A DNA stretch of 63,705 nt, the filler included, from Octopus bimaculoides (lineage: Eukaryota): NCBI RefSeq assembly GCF_001194135.2. It is 8 parts of 5 records of this genome, joined end to end, with 100 filler letters (N's around TTAATTAATTAA, not from the genome) between each part and the next. Parts side by side here need not be neighbours in the genome. Positions count along the whole stretch, not along the records: positions 50,898 to 61,912 come from NC_068983.1; positions 62,013 to 63,705 come from NC_068985.1; 6 more parts are not named here. The stretch is one strand, 5' to 3'. The translations under genes were made by a program, and so were the position numbers. Below are positions 52,478 to 63,705 of this stretch, piece after piece. Below the pieces are notes generated by a model that saw only the letters and a program-made list of their open reading frames with translations, was not told the DNA's origin and made no database searches. Numbering within the stretch: the first letter of the stretch is position 1; each line of letters starts with the position of its first letter.

Positions 52478-53840
52478 TATCATCATCATCATCGTTTAAC
52501 GTCCGCTTTCCATGCTGGTATGGGTTGGACGGTTTGACTGAAGACTGGCAACCCAGGAGGCTGCCCCAGGCTCCCTAAAGCCAACCACATCGAGCGTGTA
52601 GTGGGTGCTTTTTACGTGCCATCAGCACGGGAGCCAGTCAGGTGGCACTGGCATCGACCCACGCTCAAATGGTGCTTTTTACGGAAGCCAGTCAGGCGCT
52701 ACTGGCATTGGCCATGACTACGATTTCACTTGGTTTAACAGGTCTTCTCAAGCACAGTATATTGCCCAATGATTGAAGGGTACTCTTAAATGGGCCAGTT
52801 CTGCAATACTGGCATAGGCCACAGCTATGGTTTCACTTGGCTTGCCGGGTCTTCTCAAGCACAACATATCTCCATAGGTCTCAGTCACTTGTCATTGCTT
52901 CTGTGAGGCCCAATGTTCAAAGGCTGTACTTCACCACCTCACCTCAGGTCTTCCTGGGTCTACCTCTCCCACAAGTTGCTTCTACTGTTAGAGTGTGACA
53001 CTTTTTTACACAGCTGTCCTCATCCATACACAACACATGACCATACCAGTGCAGTCGTTTCTCTTGCACACCACATCCAATGCTTCTTATGTCCAACTTT
53101 TATCACAGGGTGCTTACACTCTGTCGTGTATGCACACTGACATTACACATCCAGCAGATCATACTAGCTTCATTTCTTGCAAGCTTATGCATGTCCTCAG
53201 CAATCACATCCCATGTTTCACTGCAGTGTAGCATGGTTGTTCGCATACATGCGTCATACAGTCTACCTTACACTCAGAGTGAGAAGCCCTTTGTCACCAG
53301 CAGAGGTAGGAGATCTCTGAACTTTGCCCAAGCTATTCTTATTCTAGTAGCTATGCTCTTAGAGCATCCACCCCCGCTACTGACTTGATCACCTAGGTAA
53401 CAGAAGCTATCAACTACTTGTAGTTTTTCCCACTGGCATGTGATGGAAGCTGTTCTCTGCACATTTTCAGGGTTTATTGCCCCCTGTACAAATGTCACAC
53501 ACAAAAACTATCTTCCCAGTTAACCTCCCTTTGATATTGCTGCACCTCTTATGTGTCCATAGCTTCCACTGGATACATCTTATGGAGGTTCTACCTACAC
53601 CTTTTCTACAGATTAAGCAGGACCATCTACCTGAAGGGATTTGTGATTTGTCTGCCTTCCTACTTATTAGAACTTTGCTTTTTGTTAGATTGACTCTAAG
53701 GCCCTTCGATTCTAATCCTTGTTTCCACACCTGAAACTTCTCCTCTAGTTCTGATAGAGACTCAGCTATTATAGCAAGGTCATCAGCACAGAGGTGCTCC
53801 TAGGGGCATCCTGTCTTGAATTCTCCTGTTATTGTCTGGA
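52478..53840 (-). mobile_element. 5'-truncated RTE LINE: RT C-half with PHD-like finger, C-terminus, 3' UTR and (GAT)n tail
   Basis: EFKTGCP*EHLCADDLAII...KSKVL...CLICRKGVGRTSIRCIQWKLWTHKRC...CDIC...FCYLGDQVSSGGG...AWAKFRDLLPLL; UTR homologous to 10480-11025. Confidence 0.88.
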
Positions 53841-53874
53841 GGACTATATATATTTTTTTCTTATTTATTCTTTT

Positions 53875-54247
53875 ACTTGTTTCAGTTATTTGACTGTGGC
53901 CATGCTGGAGCAGCGTCTTTAGTCAATCAAATCGACCCCGGGACTTATTCTTTGTAAGCCTAGTACTTATTCTATCAGTCTCTTTTTCTGAACCGCTAAA
54001 TTACGGGGACATAAATACACCAGCATCAGTTGTCAAGTGATGGTGGGGGGCCAAACACAGACACACAAACATATATACACACATACATGTATATGACAGG
54101 CTTCTTTCAGTTTCTGTCTACCAAATCCACTCACAAGGCTTTGGTTGGCCTGAGGCTATAGTAGAAGACACTTGCCCAAGGTGCCATGCAATGGGACTGA
54201 TCCTGGAACCATGTGGTTGGTAAGCAAGCTACTTACCACACAGCCGC
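53875..54247 (-). mobile_element. SINE family C, near full length
   Basis: Homology to 11190-11582. Confidence 0.85.
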
Positions 54248-54826
54248 TGAAAATTGAATCAACAAGGAGTACGGTTAAACATTTATTTTCAATCACTACA
54301 ATTGTTTCTATGCAACGTAGTTCTCTGGAGAATTACATTGTGTACAAACAAACAAACACGACTGAAAACAATACCTCCACCTTTGCTAAGGCGGAGGAAA
54401 TAAAACAAAAAGCATATTTTTTTCTTGGTAATATTTTATCTCAATTTTTCCAAGTTATCATTACGACATTTTAAATCATATTTGGTTTCGTATTAATTGT
54501 CTTTTTCGTCAGCATAAATTAAATTTTGTTCATATTTTTCTTTTTTTAAATGCTAGCATAGTATGGCGCGACCATTTTACTTTTGTAGCAGGTTGTTCTT
54601 ATAACGTTAACTATGCACCAGTAGAGCATGGAGCGAAGTAAGAGTTCATGATCAGTCAAGCAGGGTTATGTGGTGCTTGCTTTGAAGCATGGATACAACA
54701 GCTGTGACAGCAGAGCTTGGAAACAGCAACCTGTTGGTTGGTTTGCAGTCGATATTCTAACCTTACAACCACTGTGATTTACCTTAAATAAATAAATAAA
54801 TTAATGTTTTTGTACTAATATGTACT

Positions 54827-54832
54827 TTTATT
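54827..54832 (-). promoter_or_regulatory. Candidate polyadenylation signal (AATAAA) for PDCL3
   Basis: TTTATT on the plus strand, about 340 nt past the stop codon; not confirmed by transcript data. Confidence 0.4.
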
Positions 54833-55172
54833 GTTTTATATATTATATCTCAAAAACATAATCTTTAGTATTACTGTTTGGTTATTCTTTATAAATGTCA
54901 AGCACTCAGTCAACAAGTGAGAATGTTACTAGTTTTCCTTGGTACACAGACTGAGTCAAATAGAATCCGCTAGTCTTGGTCAAAGGAGAAATGTGATCTC
55001 AGCTGAAGCGGAGAATAAATGAAGGTTGTTGAACTGTAGGGAAATTCTGGTAAATGGCAAAGTCCCAAAATGAGAGCAACAGGATCTTTCAGCTTGGAAT
55101 AGAATATAGAGCCTGTAGGTGTTGATGTTCAGATGTTCCAGACTGTATTTGTTCACTTGGTGAAAAGAAATC

Positions 55173-55318
55173 TTACCAATCGTCTTCGTCATCACTGTCG
55201 TCAGTGATTTTGCTGTTCTTAACAGCCATGTCCATTACATCTCTTATTCCGTCTTTTTTAGGACAACATTCTAATGTAGTTTTAACTGCACCAACTTCAG
55301 AAAGCATCCATTCAAAAT
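55173..55318 (-). CDS. PDCL3: Phosducin-like protein 3, last coding exon
   Basis: Acceptor ttatctttccAG; (D)FEWMLSEVGAVKTTLECCPKKDGIRDVMDMAVKNSKITDDSDDEDDW*; TAA at 55175-55173; phase joins the 59514 donor (G+AT = Asp). Confidence 0.95.
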
Positions 55319-55549
55319 CTGGAAAGATAAAAATACAAATAAATAAAAAAAATATATATAAAAAAAAAAAAAACTCAAAACAAAACAAAAAAACCCATAC
55401 ATGCACACAACACATTTTCATTGTCATCATTATTACCATAATCATTTTAGGGTCTATTTTTCATACTTGCATGTATCAGAGGGGATTTGTTAAGGCAAAT
55501 TTCTAAAACCGGATGCTCTTCTTGTCAGTAAACCCTCATCTGTTTCCAA

Positions 55550-55910
55550 TCATCATCATCATCGTCGTCATTTAACGTCCGCTTTCCATGCTAGCATGGG
55601 TTGGATGATTTGACTGAGGACTGGTGAAACCAGATGGCAACACCAGGCTCCAGTCTGATTTGGCAGAGTTTCTACAGCTAGATGCCCTTCCTAACGTCAA
55701 CCACTCCGAGAGTGTAGTGGGTGCTTTTACGTGCCACCGGCACGAGGGCCAACCAGGCGGTACTGGTGACGGCTACGCTCGAAATGGTGTATTTTACGTG
55801 CCACCTGCACAGGAGCCAGTCCATTGGCACTGGCAACAATCTCGCTTGAATGTCTTTTCACGTGCCACTGGCACAAGTGCCAGGGAGGCAACGTTAGTAA
55901 CGATCAACGG
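55550..55910 (-). mobile_element. RTE 3' UTR/tail fragment in PDCL3 intron
   Basis: (CAT)n-TTTAACGTCCGCTTTCCATGCTAGCATGGGTTGG, the reverse complement of the 10900-11025 terminus. Confidence 0.85.
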
Positions 55911-56230
55911 CCAAGTAATACAATATTTTCCAGACATATCCAGACCACAATAAGGTCCAAACCACGCAGTCTGGTGGTCTTGGAACTGGAATAGTAGGGA
56001 ATTCTCTCTCCCGCTTGCAATATATATTGGATGTGAACTGTGGTGTATAACTAGCTGGAGGGAGCGTCCTCCTGGGGTTGAAATAGCACTATCGTTTGTT
56101 CTTAGACAACACACATGTTCAGGTGGCGATAAACATTACTTCTCAGTATAAATGCTTTCGAAACAATTGTGAACAAATAGCACCACCTACATGATGGCAA
56201 TGTTTCTTTACAATTAGCATGCAAGTTTAA

Positions 56231-56443
56231 CCCTTTAGCATTTAATCAGGCCATATCCAGCCCAAATATTCTACCTGCTTTATGTTCAAACTGACCAGAT
56301 CCTGCCTCTCACATCTACCCTACAATGTCATTTTGAAAATTTACAATCACATCATCAAAATCTCAACACTACAAGATCATTAGTTGAAAGCAGTGTGAAT
56401 AAATAAGTATTACATTTAGCAGAGTAATGTGAATACTAAGGCG
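56231..56443 (+). mobile_element. piggyBac-like MITE, degenerate
   Basis: TTAA|CCCTTTAGCATT left end; right end AATACTAAGGCG|TTGA is a decayed inverted copy. Confidence 0.5.
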
Positions 56444-56619
56444 TTGAGAGACAGGAAACAGAAACACACATCCATGCATGCACACACGAACATGCATTTA
56501 TGATGGGTTTCTATCTTCCCTTTCTGCCCACTCATCTGGGGGCCACAGTAAAAGGCACTTGTTAAAGAACATGGCGGCAAAGTAAGCTTCTCAACCACAC
56601 AGCCATGTCTGCATTTTTT

Positions 56620-56825
56620 TGAAAAGTATCTGGATTTGGGTAAAAGAAAATGCAGGAGGAACAGTTAATTATGATTATACTTAACATATTCCCCTCTCAG
56701 ATCCATACACTTATTGCAGTGGTCCTTCTGTTTTTGTAAACCCTGTAAAAAGAACTCAGAATGTTGGGCCTCCAACCAGACCTTTCGCAATACCCTTAAT
56801 GTCAGGAACTTTACAGCACCTGCTC

Positions 56826-56829
<4 letters not shown>
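56620..56829 (+). mobile_element. Mariner-derived MITE, older copy
   Basis: Homologous to 57348-57560; antisense strand retains the transposase C-terminus EFFLQGLQKQKDHCNKCMDLRGEYVK. Confidence 0.75.
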
Positions 56830-56863
<34 letters not shown>

Positions 56864-57077
56864 TACAGAATGGGACAAGAATGCAAAACATCAAGACAGT
56901 TAGGTGATACAAGAAAGGGACAAAACATCCAGATAAACAATACAAAGAAAACACCGACAGGTCATTCGGAGTTTTCTCTCTTCAGTCAAGATCCAGATTA
57001 TCCTTGCAATTTCGGCTGGTTATTCTCGATATTGCTCCAATCTGGCCAGCCCCATATATATATATATATATATATAT

Positions 57078-57298
57078 ATCATCATCATCATCATCGTTTA
57101 ACATCCGCTTTCCATGGTAGCATGGGTTGGACGGTTTGACTGAGGACTGGCGAACCAGATGGTCGCACCAGGCTCCAATCTGATCTGGCAGAGTTTCTAC
57201 AGCTGGATGCCCTTCCTAATGCCAACCACTCTGAGAGTGTAGTAAAACCACTCCGAGAGTGTAGTCCAACCACTCCGAGAGTGTAGTCCAACCACTCC
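57078..57298 (-). mobile_element. RTE 3' tail fragment with a 22 bp reiteration at its truncation point
   Basis: Same terminus as 55550; ACCACTCCGAGAGTGTAGTCCA x3.4 at 57225-57298. Confidence 0.85.
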
Positions 57299-57309
57299 AT
57301 GTATGTTTG

Positions 57310-57341
<32 letters not shown>

Positions 57342-57347
57342 TATATA

Positions 57348-57560
57348 CAAGGGGGTGCTGAAAAGTTCCTGACTTTGGGTAAAATACAGGAAGATCATTT
57401 AATTATGATTTCATTCAACATATTCCTCTCTCAGATTCACACATTTATTGCAGTGGTCCTTCAGTTTTTCTAAGCCTTATAAAAGAAACTTGGAAAGTTG
57501 GGCCTCCAACTGGGCCTTTCACAATACCCTTAAAACCAGAAACTTTTCAGTACCCTCTTG
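57348..57560 (+). mobile_element. Mariner-derived MITE with ~28 bp TIRs and TA duplication
   Basis: TA|CAAGGGGGTGCTGAAAAGTTCCTG ... CCAGAAACTTTTCAGTACCCTCTTG|TA. Confidence 0.85.
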
Positions 57561-59067
57561 TATGTAATCACTTCTAATATATGCAACAAATTTTTGAAGG
57601 AGTATAAATTGACCCCAGTACTTAACGCCTACTTTATCTCACCAGATTAAGAGGAAAAGGAAGAAAAGAAAGATCGAAGGTGGCAGGTTGAGCCCAGAAT
57701 GTAAAAGAAAAAAACAAAACTAAAAAAAAAGTTAAGTTGAATGTAATTTGGATTAAGTGTCTTTGTTCTGAAAGGTCATGAGAGGTCGTAACCTATAACA
57801 TTTTCAAAGGTTGAAGGTTTTTGTTTTTAAATATTTTTGAATTGCTTATCAGAAAGAAAAACATAACTGCAGTTATTGTGTTGTGATTGTTTAGCACCTG
57901 AACAGCTTTGGTTATGTATCTGAGAGAGCAGACGCAATCAAAGGTATTCCAGGTGTGATCATTTCATCTTCTACCTATGTCCAGGGAACCTTTTCCAAAG
58001 CAATGGGATTTAATCAGGAGAGTTAGCAGCAAGTCGAACGAATACATTGGCTTGACAAGTAAATCCTTTTTCAACGTTTCCTAGTAACGAAAGGGTTAGG
58101 ATGAAGAGAATGAGAAGGGAGGTAACTGCAAACTGTTTTTACTAGTCCAATTCATTCTCATAACAGAAGCATAACTGATTGATCCAGCATATTACTGGTA
58201 CAAAGTGGCAGAGTAATTAGAGCACTGGATAAAATGCCTTGTGGCATTTTTTTCTGGTATCCAGTGATCTAAATTCAATTCTTGCCAAAGCTAATTTTGC
58301 CTTATATTCCTTTGAAGTTGATGAAGTACCACTCTGGAGTAGCAATAGGGTAGAATTGTTACAGTGCAAGGTAAGATACCTTGGGGTAATCTGTTTGGCC
58401 ATTTGCATTGTAATGATAACGTCTATGATGACACTGGTGCCAAGCTGCACTGCACCTTGCATTTTCTTTGGATAACATCAAATCTGTACAAAGGATAAAC
58501 CTGGGCAACTGCTAGCCTTCTATCATAATCACCATTGTTTTAACGTCCACTTTTCCATGTTTGCATGGGTTAGATGGAATTTGTTGAGGCCGATTTTCTA
58601 CAGCCAGACGCCCTTCCTATTTTTACTATTTTCTGTATCCAGCCATGGACATATTTACATAGAAAATTGGAAATAAAGGACACCACTCATATAACAGTGA
58701 CACTTATTTACAACAATCACATGGTGTCAAGACAAAGAGCTATCAACACCCACACCCACACAACACTGGATCTGGGATCATAATAGAAGACATTTGCCCA
58801 AAGGACCATGAAATGGTACTCAATCTATAACTATGTGGTTGGGAAGCAAACTCCTTAACTACAGAGCCATGTTTGTGCCTTTCAAAAGAGAAAAAAAAGA
58901 AAAAAAAAGAAAGAAAAGAAAAATGCAACAAAACAACAAAAATTGCTCAGGCCATTGCAGCAAAGAGGATCATTACATCTTTTCATACAAAAGTCCTGGA
59001 TTGTTGATACCTATTCACATGTCAAAATAGGAGCTTATAATCAAACCTGACCTCAACAAGATTAATG

Positions 59068-59462
59068 ATCATCATCATTTAACATCCGTTGTCCATGCTG
59101 GCATGGGTTGGATGGCTTGACTGAGGACTGATGAACCAGATGGCTACACCAGGCTCCAATCTGATTTGGCAGAGTTCCTACAGCTGGATGCCCTTCCTAA
59201 CACCAACCACTCCGAGAGTGTAGTGGGTGCTTTTACGTGCCACCGGCACGAAGGCCAGTCCATCGGCACTGGCAACGATCTCGCTCGAATGTCTTTACAC
59301 GTGCCACTGGCACAAGTGCCAGGAAGACGACGCTGGACACAGGTGCCATCATGATTTCGCTTTCGCTTGTCCTAACAAGTCCTTGCAAGCCGAGTTTCGT
59401 GTCCAATAAAAGAGACGATGTTGGCATGGGTGCCAGTCGTCGAATTTAGTTCGATTTCGATT
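59068..59462 (-). mobile_element. RTE 3' UTR/tail fragment
   Basis: Homologous to 10560-11025 in reverse; ends ~50 nt from the PDCL3 splice donor. Confidence 0.85.
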
Positions 59463-59513
59463 TCAAACCAAGAAAATCCAAAAGAGTGTTTGGAGATTAT
59501 AAGTGTTACTTAC

Positions 59514-59722
59514 CATCTATTGTTAGTTTCATTCCGCCAAAGGCAAATGGACCAACAAACTGCTTCTTTATATTTCCTTCGAAGTATACAAAGATGGTGG
59601 GTAAATTTTTGTCGGGGTAATTTGGAATACAGACTGACGATATGCTCTTGATGAATTTCGTCTGTGGGAACTTACGTGCAAGGCCAGTTAAATGTTGGTT
59701 TATGAGCGAACACAATGGAATA
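59514..59722 (-). CDS. PDCL3: Phosducin-like protein 3, internal exon (thioredoxin-like fold), 209 nt
   Basis: ttgttgtAG|...|GTAAGT; [69 protein letters not shown], matching the PhLP2 signature CIPNYPD(K/R)NLPTIFVY. Confidence 0.97.
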
Positions 59723-60269
59723 CTACAACAACAAGAACAAAAAACAAATTATTGTAGAAAATTTTTGAAACAGTTGTAAAGATTTATGTAGGACTATATT
59801 TTTTCTTCATCAAATGTGCTTATGTAGCAACTTTCATGCCATTCATAATTTACCTGCTCACCATTTCTCTCTCTCCCTCATATATATGTGTGTGTGTGAC
59901 CCATCACCACTTGACAAATGGTGCTGGTATGTTTACATCTCTGTAACTTAGCGGTTTGGCAAAAATGACTAACAGAATAAGTACCAGGCTTACAAAAAAT
60001 AAGTACTGGGGATGATTTATTCAACTAAAACTTCTTCAGAGCAGTGCTCCAGCATGACCACAATCTAATGACTAAAACTATCATCATCATCATCATTGTT
60101 TAATGTCTGTCTTCCATGAATGGGTAGAACGATTGACAGGAGCCAGCCAGGTAGAAAAACTACCCTAGGCTATTGTGTCTGTTTTGGCAGGGTTTTTACA
60201 GCTGGATGTCCTTCCTAACACCAACCACTCTGCAGAGTGGACTCAATACTTTTTATGTGGCACTAGCAC

Positions 60270-60412
60270 AGTGGAGGCGCAATGGCCCAGTAGTTAGGGC
60301 ATCAGACTCACAGTCGTAGGATCGCGGTTTCGATTCCCAGACCAGGCATTCTGAGTGTTTATTGAGCAAAAACACCTAAAGCTCCACGAGGCTCTGGCAG
60401 GGGATGGTGGCG
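60270..60412 (+). mobile_element. SINE family A, 5' part (ends at gap)
   Basis: GTGGAGGCGCAATGGCCCAGTAGTTAGGG head. Confidence 0.85.
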
Positions 60413-60943
60413 ANNNNNNNNNNNNNNNNNNNNNNNNNNNNNNNNNNNNNNNNNNNNNNNNNNNNNNNNNNNNNNNNNNNNNNNNNNNNNNNNNNNNNNN
60501 NNNNNNNNNNNNNNNNNNNNNNNNNNNNNNNNNNNNNNNNNNNNNNNNNNNNNNNNNNNNNNNNNNNNNNNNNNNNNNNNNNNNNNNNNNNNNNNNNNNN
60601 NNNNNNNNNNNNNNNNNNNNNNNNNNNNNNNNNNNNNNNNNNNNNNNNNNNNNNNNNNNNNNNNNNNNNNNNNNNNNNNNNNNNNNNNNNNNNNNNNNNN
60701 NNNNNNNNNNNNNNNNNNNNNNNNNNNNNNNNNNNNNNNNNNNNNNNNNNNNNNNNNNNNNNNNNNNNNNNNNNNNNNNNNNNNNNNNNNNNNNNNNNNN
60801 NNNNNNNNNNNNNNNNNNNNNNNNNNNNNNNNNNNNNNNNNNNNNNNNNNNNNNNNNNNNNNNNNNNNNNNNNNNNNNNNNNNNNNNNNNNNNNNNNNNN
60901 NNNNNNNNNNNNNNNNNNNNNNNNNNNNNNNNNNNNNNNNNNT

Positions 60944-61215
60944 TGGTAGACGGAAACTGAAAGAAGCCCGTCATATATATGTATATATATATATATATAT
61001 GTCTATGTGTGTGTATATGTTTGTGCGTCTGTGTTTGTCCCCCCAACATCGCTTGACAACCGATGGTGGTGTGTTTACGTCCCCGTAACTTAGCGGTTCG
61101 GCAAAAGAGAACGATGGAATAAGTACTAGGCTTACAAAGAATAAGTCCTGGGGTCGATTTGCTCGACTAAAGGCGGTGCTCCAGCATGGCCGCAGTCAAA
61201 TGACTGAAACATGTA
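60944..61215 (+). mobile_element. SINE family C, 3' part (starts at gap)
   Basis: Closely matches the family C body. Confidence 0.85.
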
Positions 61216-61294
61216 AAAGAGTAAAAGAGTAAAATAGTAAAGAGTAATAGCTGAGCTTTCAGTAATACGTAAACGGACACTTGTTTTTACTCAC

Positions 61295-61438
61295 CCACAT
61301 TTATAAACATGAAGGATTACCCACACTCCTTCGCCTGCTTTGTTAACTTCTGTAACATAATCTTCTTTGGAAATTTCTAAAACATCTCCATATTTTGCAG
61401 CCATGTTTGCGGCTTTCATTTCTAATATACGTTGCCGT
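61295..61438 (-). CDS. PDCL3: Phosducin-like protein 3, internal exon, 144 nt (upstream exons not visible)
   Basis: ccttatctctttcAG|...|GTGAGT; [47 protein letters not shown](G); GG+T joins the next exon in frame. Confidence 0.96.
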
Positions 61439-61546
61439 CTGAAAGAGATAAGGAACAAATAGGATACAGATCATTAATATGGGTTCATTACATTTGGGCA
61501 ATAGATGTAAACTGTCAAATGTATTGCTTATTTATTCACATTGTTT

Positions 61547-61748
61547 AGAATTAACCATGCCTTATCATGTAGCTTTGAGATTTTGATAATGTGATAGAAT
61601 TAACCATGCATTATCATGTAGCTTTGAGATTTTGATAATGTGATAGAATTAACCATGCATTATCATGTAGCTTTGAGATTTTCATAACGTGATAGAATTA
61701 ACCATGCATTATCATGTAGCTTTGAGATTTTGATAATGTGATAGAATT
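61547..61748. repeat. 49 bp minisatellite, four units
   Basis: AGAATTAACCATGCATTATCATGTAGCTTTGAGATTTTGATAATGTGAT starting at 61547, 61596, 61645 and 61694. Confidence 0.95.
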
Positions 61749-61911
61749 CATCATCATCATCATCATCTTCGTTTAACGTCCGCTTTCCATGCTAGCATGG
61801 GTTGGACGATTTGACTGAGTACTGGTGAAACCAGATGGCTACACCAGGCTCCAATCTGATTTGGCAGAGTTTCTACAGCTGGATGCCCTTCCTAATGCCA
61901 ACCACTCAGAG
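61749..61911 (-). mobile_element. RTE 3' tail fragment
   Basis: Same terminus family; cut by gap. Confidence 0.85.
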
Positions 61912-62012
61912 ANNNNNNNNNNNNNNNNNNNNNNNNNNNNNNNNNNNNNNNNNNNNTTAATTAATTAANNNNNNNNNNNNNNNNNNNNNNNNNNNNNNNN
62001 NNNNNNNNNNNN

Positions 62013-62044
<32 letters not shown>

Positions 62045-62045
<1 letters not shown>

Positions 62046-62190
62046 TAGTTGAAATTTATAGAAAAACAAAAGACAAAGACAGGTGTATGAACAACAAGCA
62101 AGTGTATTAGTTTGATGCTCAGAAAAGTTAGAAAGTCTTACTTTTCAAGCCTACACTCTTCAAGAGAAAGGAATAAGACAAAATAAAATA
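62045..62190 (-). mobile_element. Solo PLE-type terminal repeat, homolog of 48790-49010
   Basis: Minus strand CTCTTGA-A-GAGT(GTAG)GCTT-GAAA...GAGCATC-AAACTAATACAC; ends at (TA)n. Confidence 0.6.
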
Positions 62191-62227
62191 ATACATACAT
62201 ACATACATATATATACATACATATATA

Positions 62228-62442
62228 GTATGGATGCTAAAAAGTTTCTGACTTTAAGGGTATTGCAAAAGTCTGGTTGGAGGCCCAACATTCCAAGTTT
62301 TTTTAGATGGCTTTGAAAAACTGCAGGACCAAGCAGTAAGTGTGTGAATCTGAGATAGGAATATGATGAATAAAATCATGATTAAGTGGTCCTCCTGTAC
62401 TTTTGTTCACTCAAAGCCAGGAACTTTTCAGCACTCCCTTGG
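62228..62442 (-). mobile_element. Mariner-derived MITE, third copy
   Basis: Reverse-orientation homolog of 57348-57560. Confidence 0.75.
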
Positions 62443-62449
62443 GCATCAC

Positions 62450-62912
62450 CGAGGCAATGACAAGTGACCGAGACCTTTGGAGATATGCTGTGCTTGAGAA
62501 GACTCAGCAAGCCAAGTGAGACCATAACTGTGGCCTATGCCAGTGCTGTATAACCAGCCCATTTAAGAGTACCCTTTGCTCATTGGGTAATAAACTATGC
62601 TTGCAAAGACCTGTTGAGGCAAGTGAAATTGTTGTCATGGCCAATGACAGTACTGCCTGATTGGCACCCATGCCAGTAGAACGTTAAAAGCACCATTCGA
62701 GCATGATCATTGCCAGGGCCACTGACTGGTTCCCGTGCTGGTGGCACATACAAAAGCACCATTCAAACATGATCATTGCCAGCGTTTCCTGACTGGCTCC
62801 TATGCAGATGGCATGTATAAAGCACCATTTGAGTGTAGCCAATACCAGTACCGCCTGACTGGCCCTCATGCCAGTGGCACGTAAAAGTGGTTGGCGTTAG
62901 GAAGGGCATCCA
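62450..62912 (+). mobile_element. RTE C-terminus/3' UTR fragment
   Basis: AMTSDRDLWRYAVLEK and UTR modules homologous to 10400-10940. Confidence 0.82.
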
Positions 62913-62989
62913 GGGTGCGACGGGTAAATTGTAGCCATCTTATATTTTTAATTTCACATATGTGAATGGTTTGTTTTTGATTTTGTTGA

Positions 62990-63705
62990 CTACACAGTAT
63001 AGTAGGGTTAGCTGGACACTGTCTGTGAGAAAAACAGCACCATCACACAATTCATTCTGACAGAAATTTGGAAACGACTTGCTGACTGCTTGGCATTTGC
63101 ACCAGAAGCTCCAATTTGAAGCTCCGGAAGCTTCAATATGATCATGTACCAATAAGAACATGTACCGAGAAGAATTAAAAATCAAACATCCAGTCAACAT
63201 CATAGTGTTTGAAGTGATCACTAGTGATGGCGACGTTATGCCTTCATTCATCTTCCCACATGGCTCAGACTCAACATGGAAGCCTACATTAAGTGCCTGG
63301 AGGAGGTAGTGCTGTCTTGGGTTAAGAGGGTGGGTGTTGGAAGACCCTATGTCTGGCAACAGGACACTGCACCATGCCACAAGTAGGAGAACCCAGTCAT
63401 GGCTGTCAATTTCTGCAACCACATCACCCCTAACATCTGGCTACATAACTCCCCCAGACTGCAACCCCCTTGATTATTATTTCCAGGGCACAGTTGAGTG
63501 AGAGACCAACAAAACTCCTTATAATACCAAAGATGAACTGAAGGCAAGGATTATGGCAACATTCACCAACTTAAACATGGAGACTGTCCAGAAGAGCTGC
63601 AGGAGATTCCAAAGTAGTCTGGAGGCCGTGGTTGAAGCCAATGGCGATTTTATTGAATAAATTTACTCTTTAGTATTTCAAGATATTTTTATGTAATTTT
63701 GGTAA
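62990..63705 (+). mobile_element. maT/DD37D-like mariner transposase fragment
   Basis: HPVNIIVFEVITSDGDVMPSFIFPHG, RPYVWQQDTAPCH, WLHNSPDCNPLDY, ACRRFQSSLEAVVEANGDFIE*. Confidence 0.85.

Noticed and set aside
54560-54790. Non-repetitive, more GC-balanced stretch beyond the PDCL3 poly(A) candidate; considered as snoRNA or other ncRNA
   Set aside because: No convincing C/D or H/ACA boxes with terminal stem; could be extended UTR or an old SINE.
56960-56996. CUGAAGA-GAG(AAAA)CUC-CGAAU on the minus strand in a (TA)n-flanked element
   Set aside because: GAAA is broken and helices I and III do not pair; may be a decayed PLE terminus but is not supportable as a ribozyme.
61547-61748. Regular array resembling CRISPR
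   Set aside because: No unique spacers, no cas genes, eukaryotic intron.

Overview
Repeat-dense, gapped animal genomic DNA. The SINE/LINE families, extreme microsatellite content and gap style suggest an octopus (coleoid cephalopod) draft assembly; this is an inference. Only one host gene is supported: the three 3' coding exons of phosducin-like protein 3 (PDCL3/PhLP2A) on the minus strand (61295-61438, 59514-59722, 55173-55318), with canonical GT-AG junctions whose phases join in frame. Its 5' exons are not visible. The rest is transposon debris: RTE-type LINE fragments (one with a PHD-like finger inside the RT), Penelope-like element (PLE) fragments, an R4/Dong-like fragment, Tc1 and maT/mariner copies, a hAT deletion derivative, non-autonomous Helitrons, several tRNA-derived SINE families and MITEs. 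The most notable signal is about ten hammerhead-ribozyme-like motifs from several unrelated short repeat families. Several have the palindromic helix III typical of PLE minimal hammerheads, and one pair is joined in inverted orientation (32763-32872). Most copies carry core mutations, so activity is untested. Most ORFs in the supplied track are microsatellite or N-gap artefacts.
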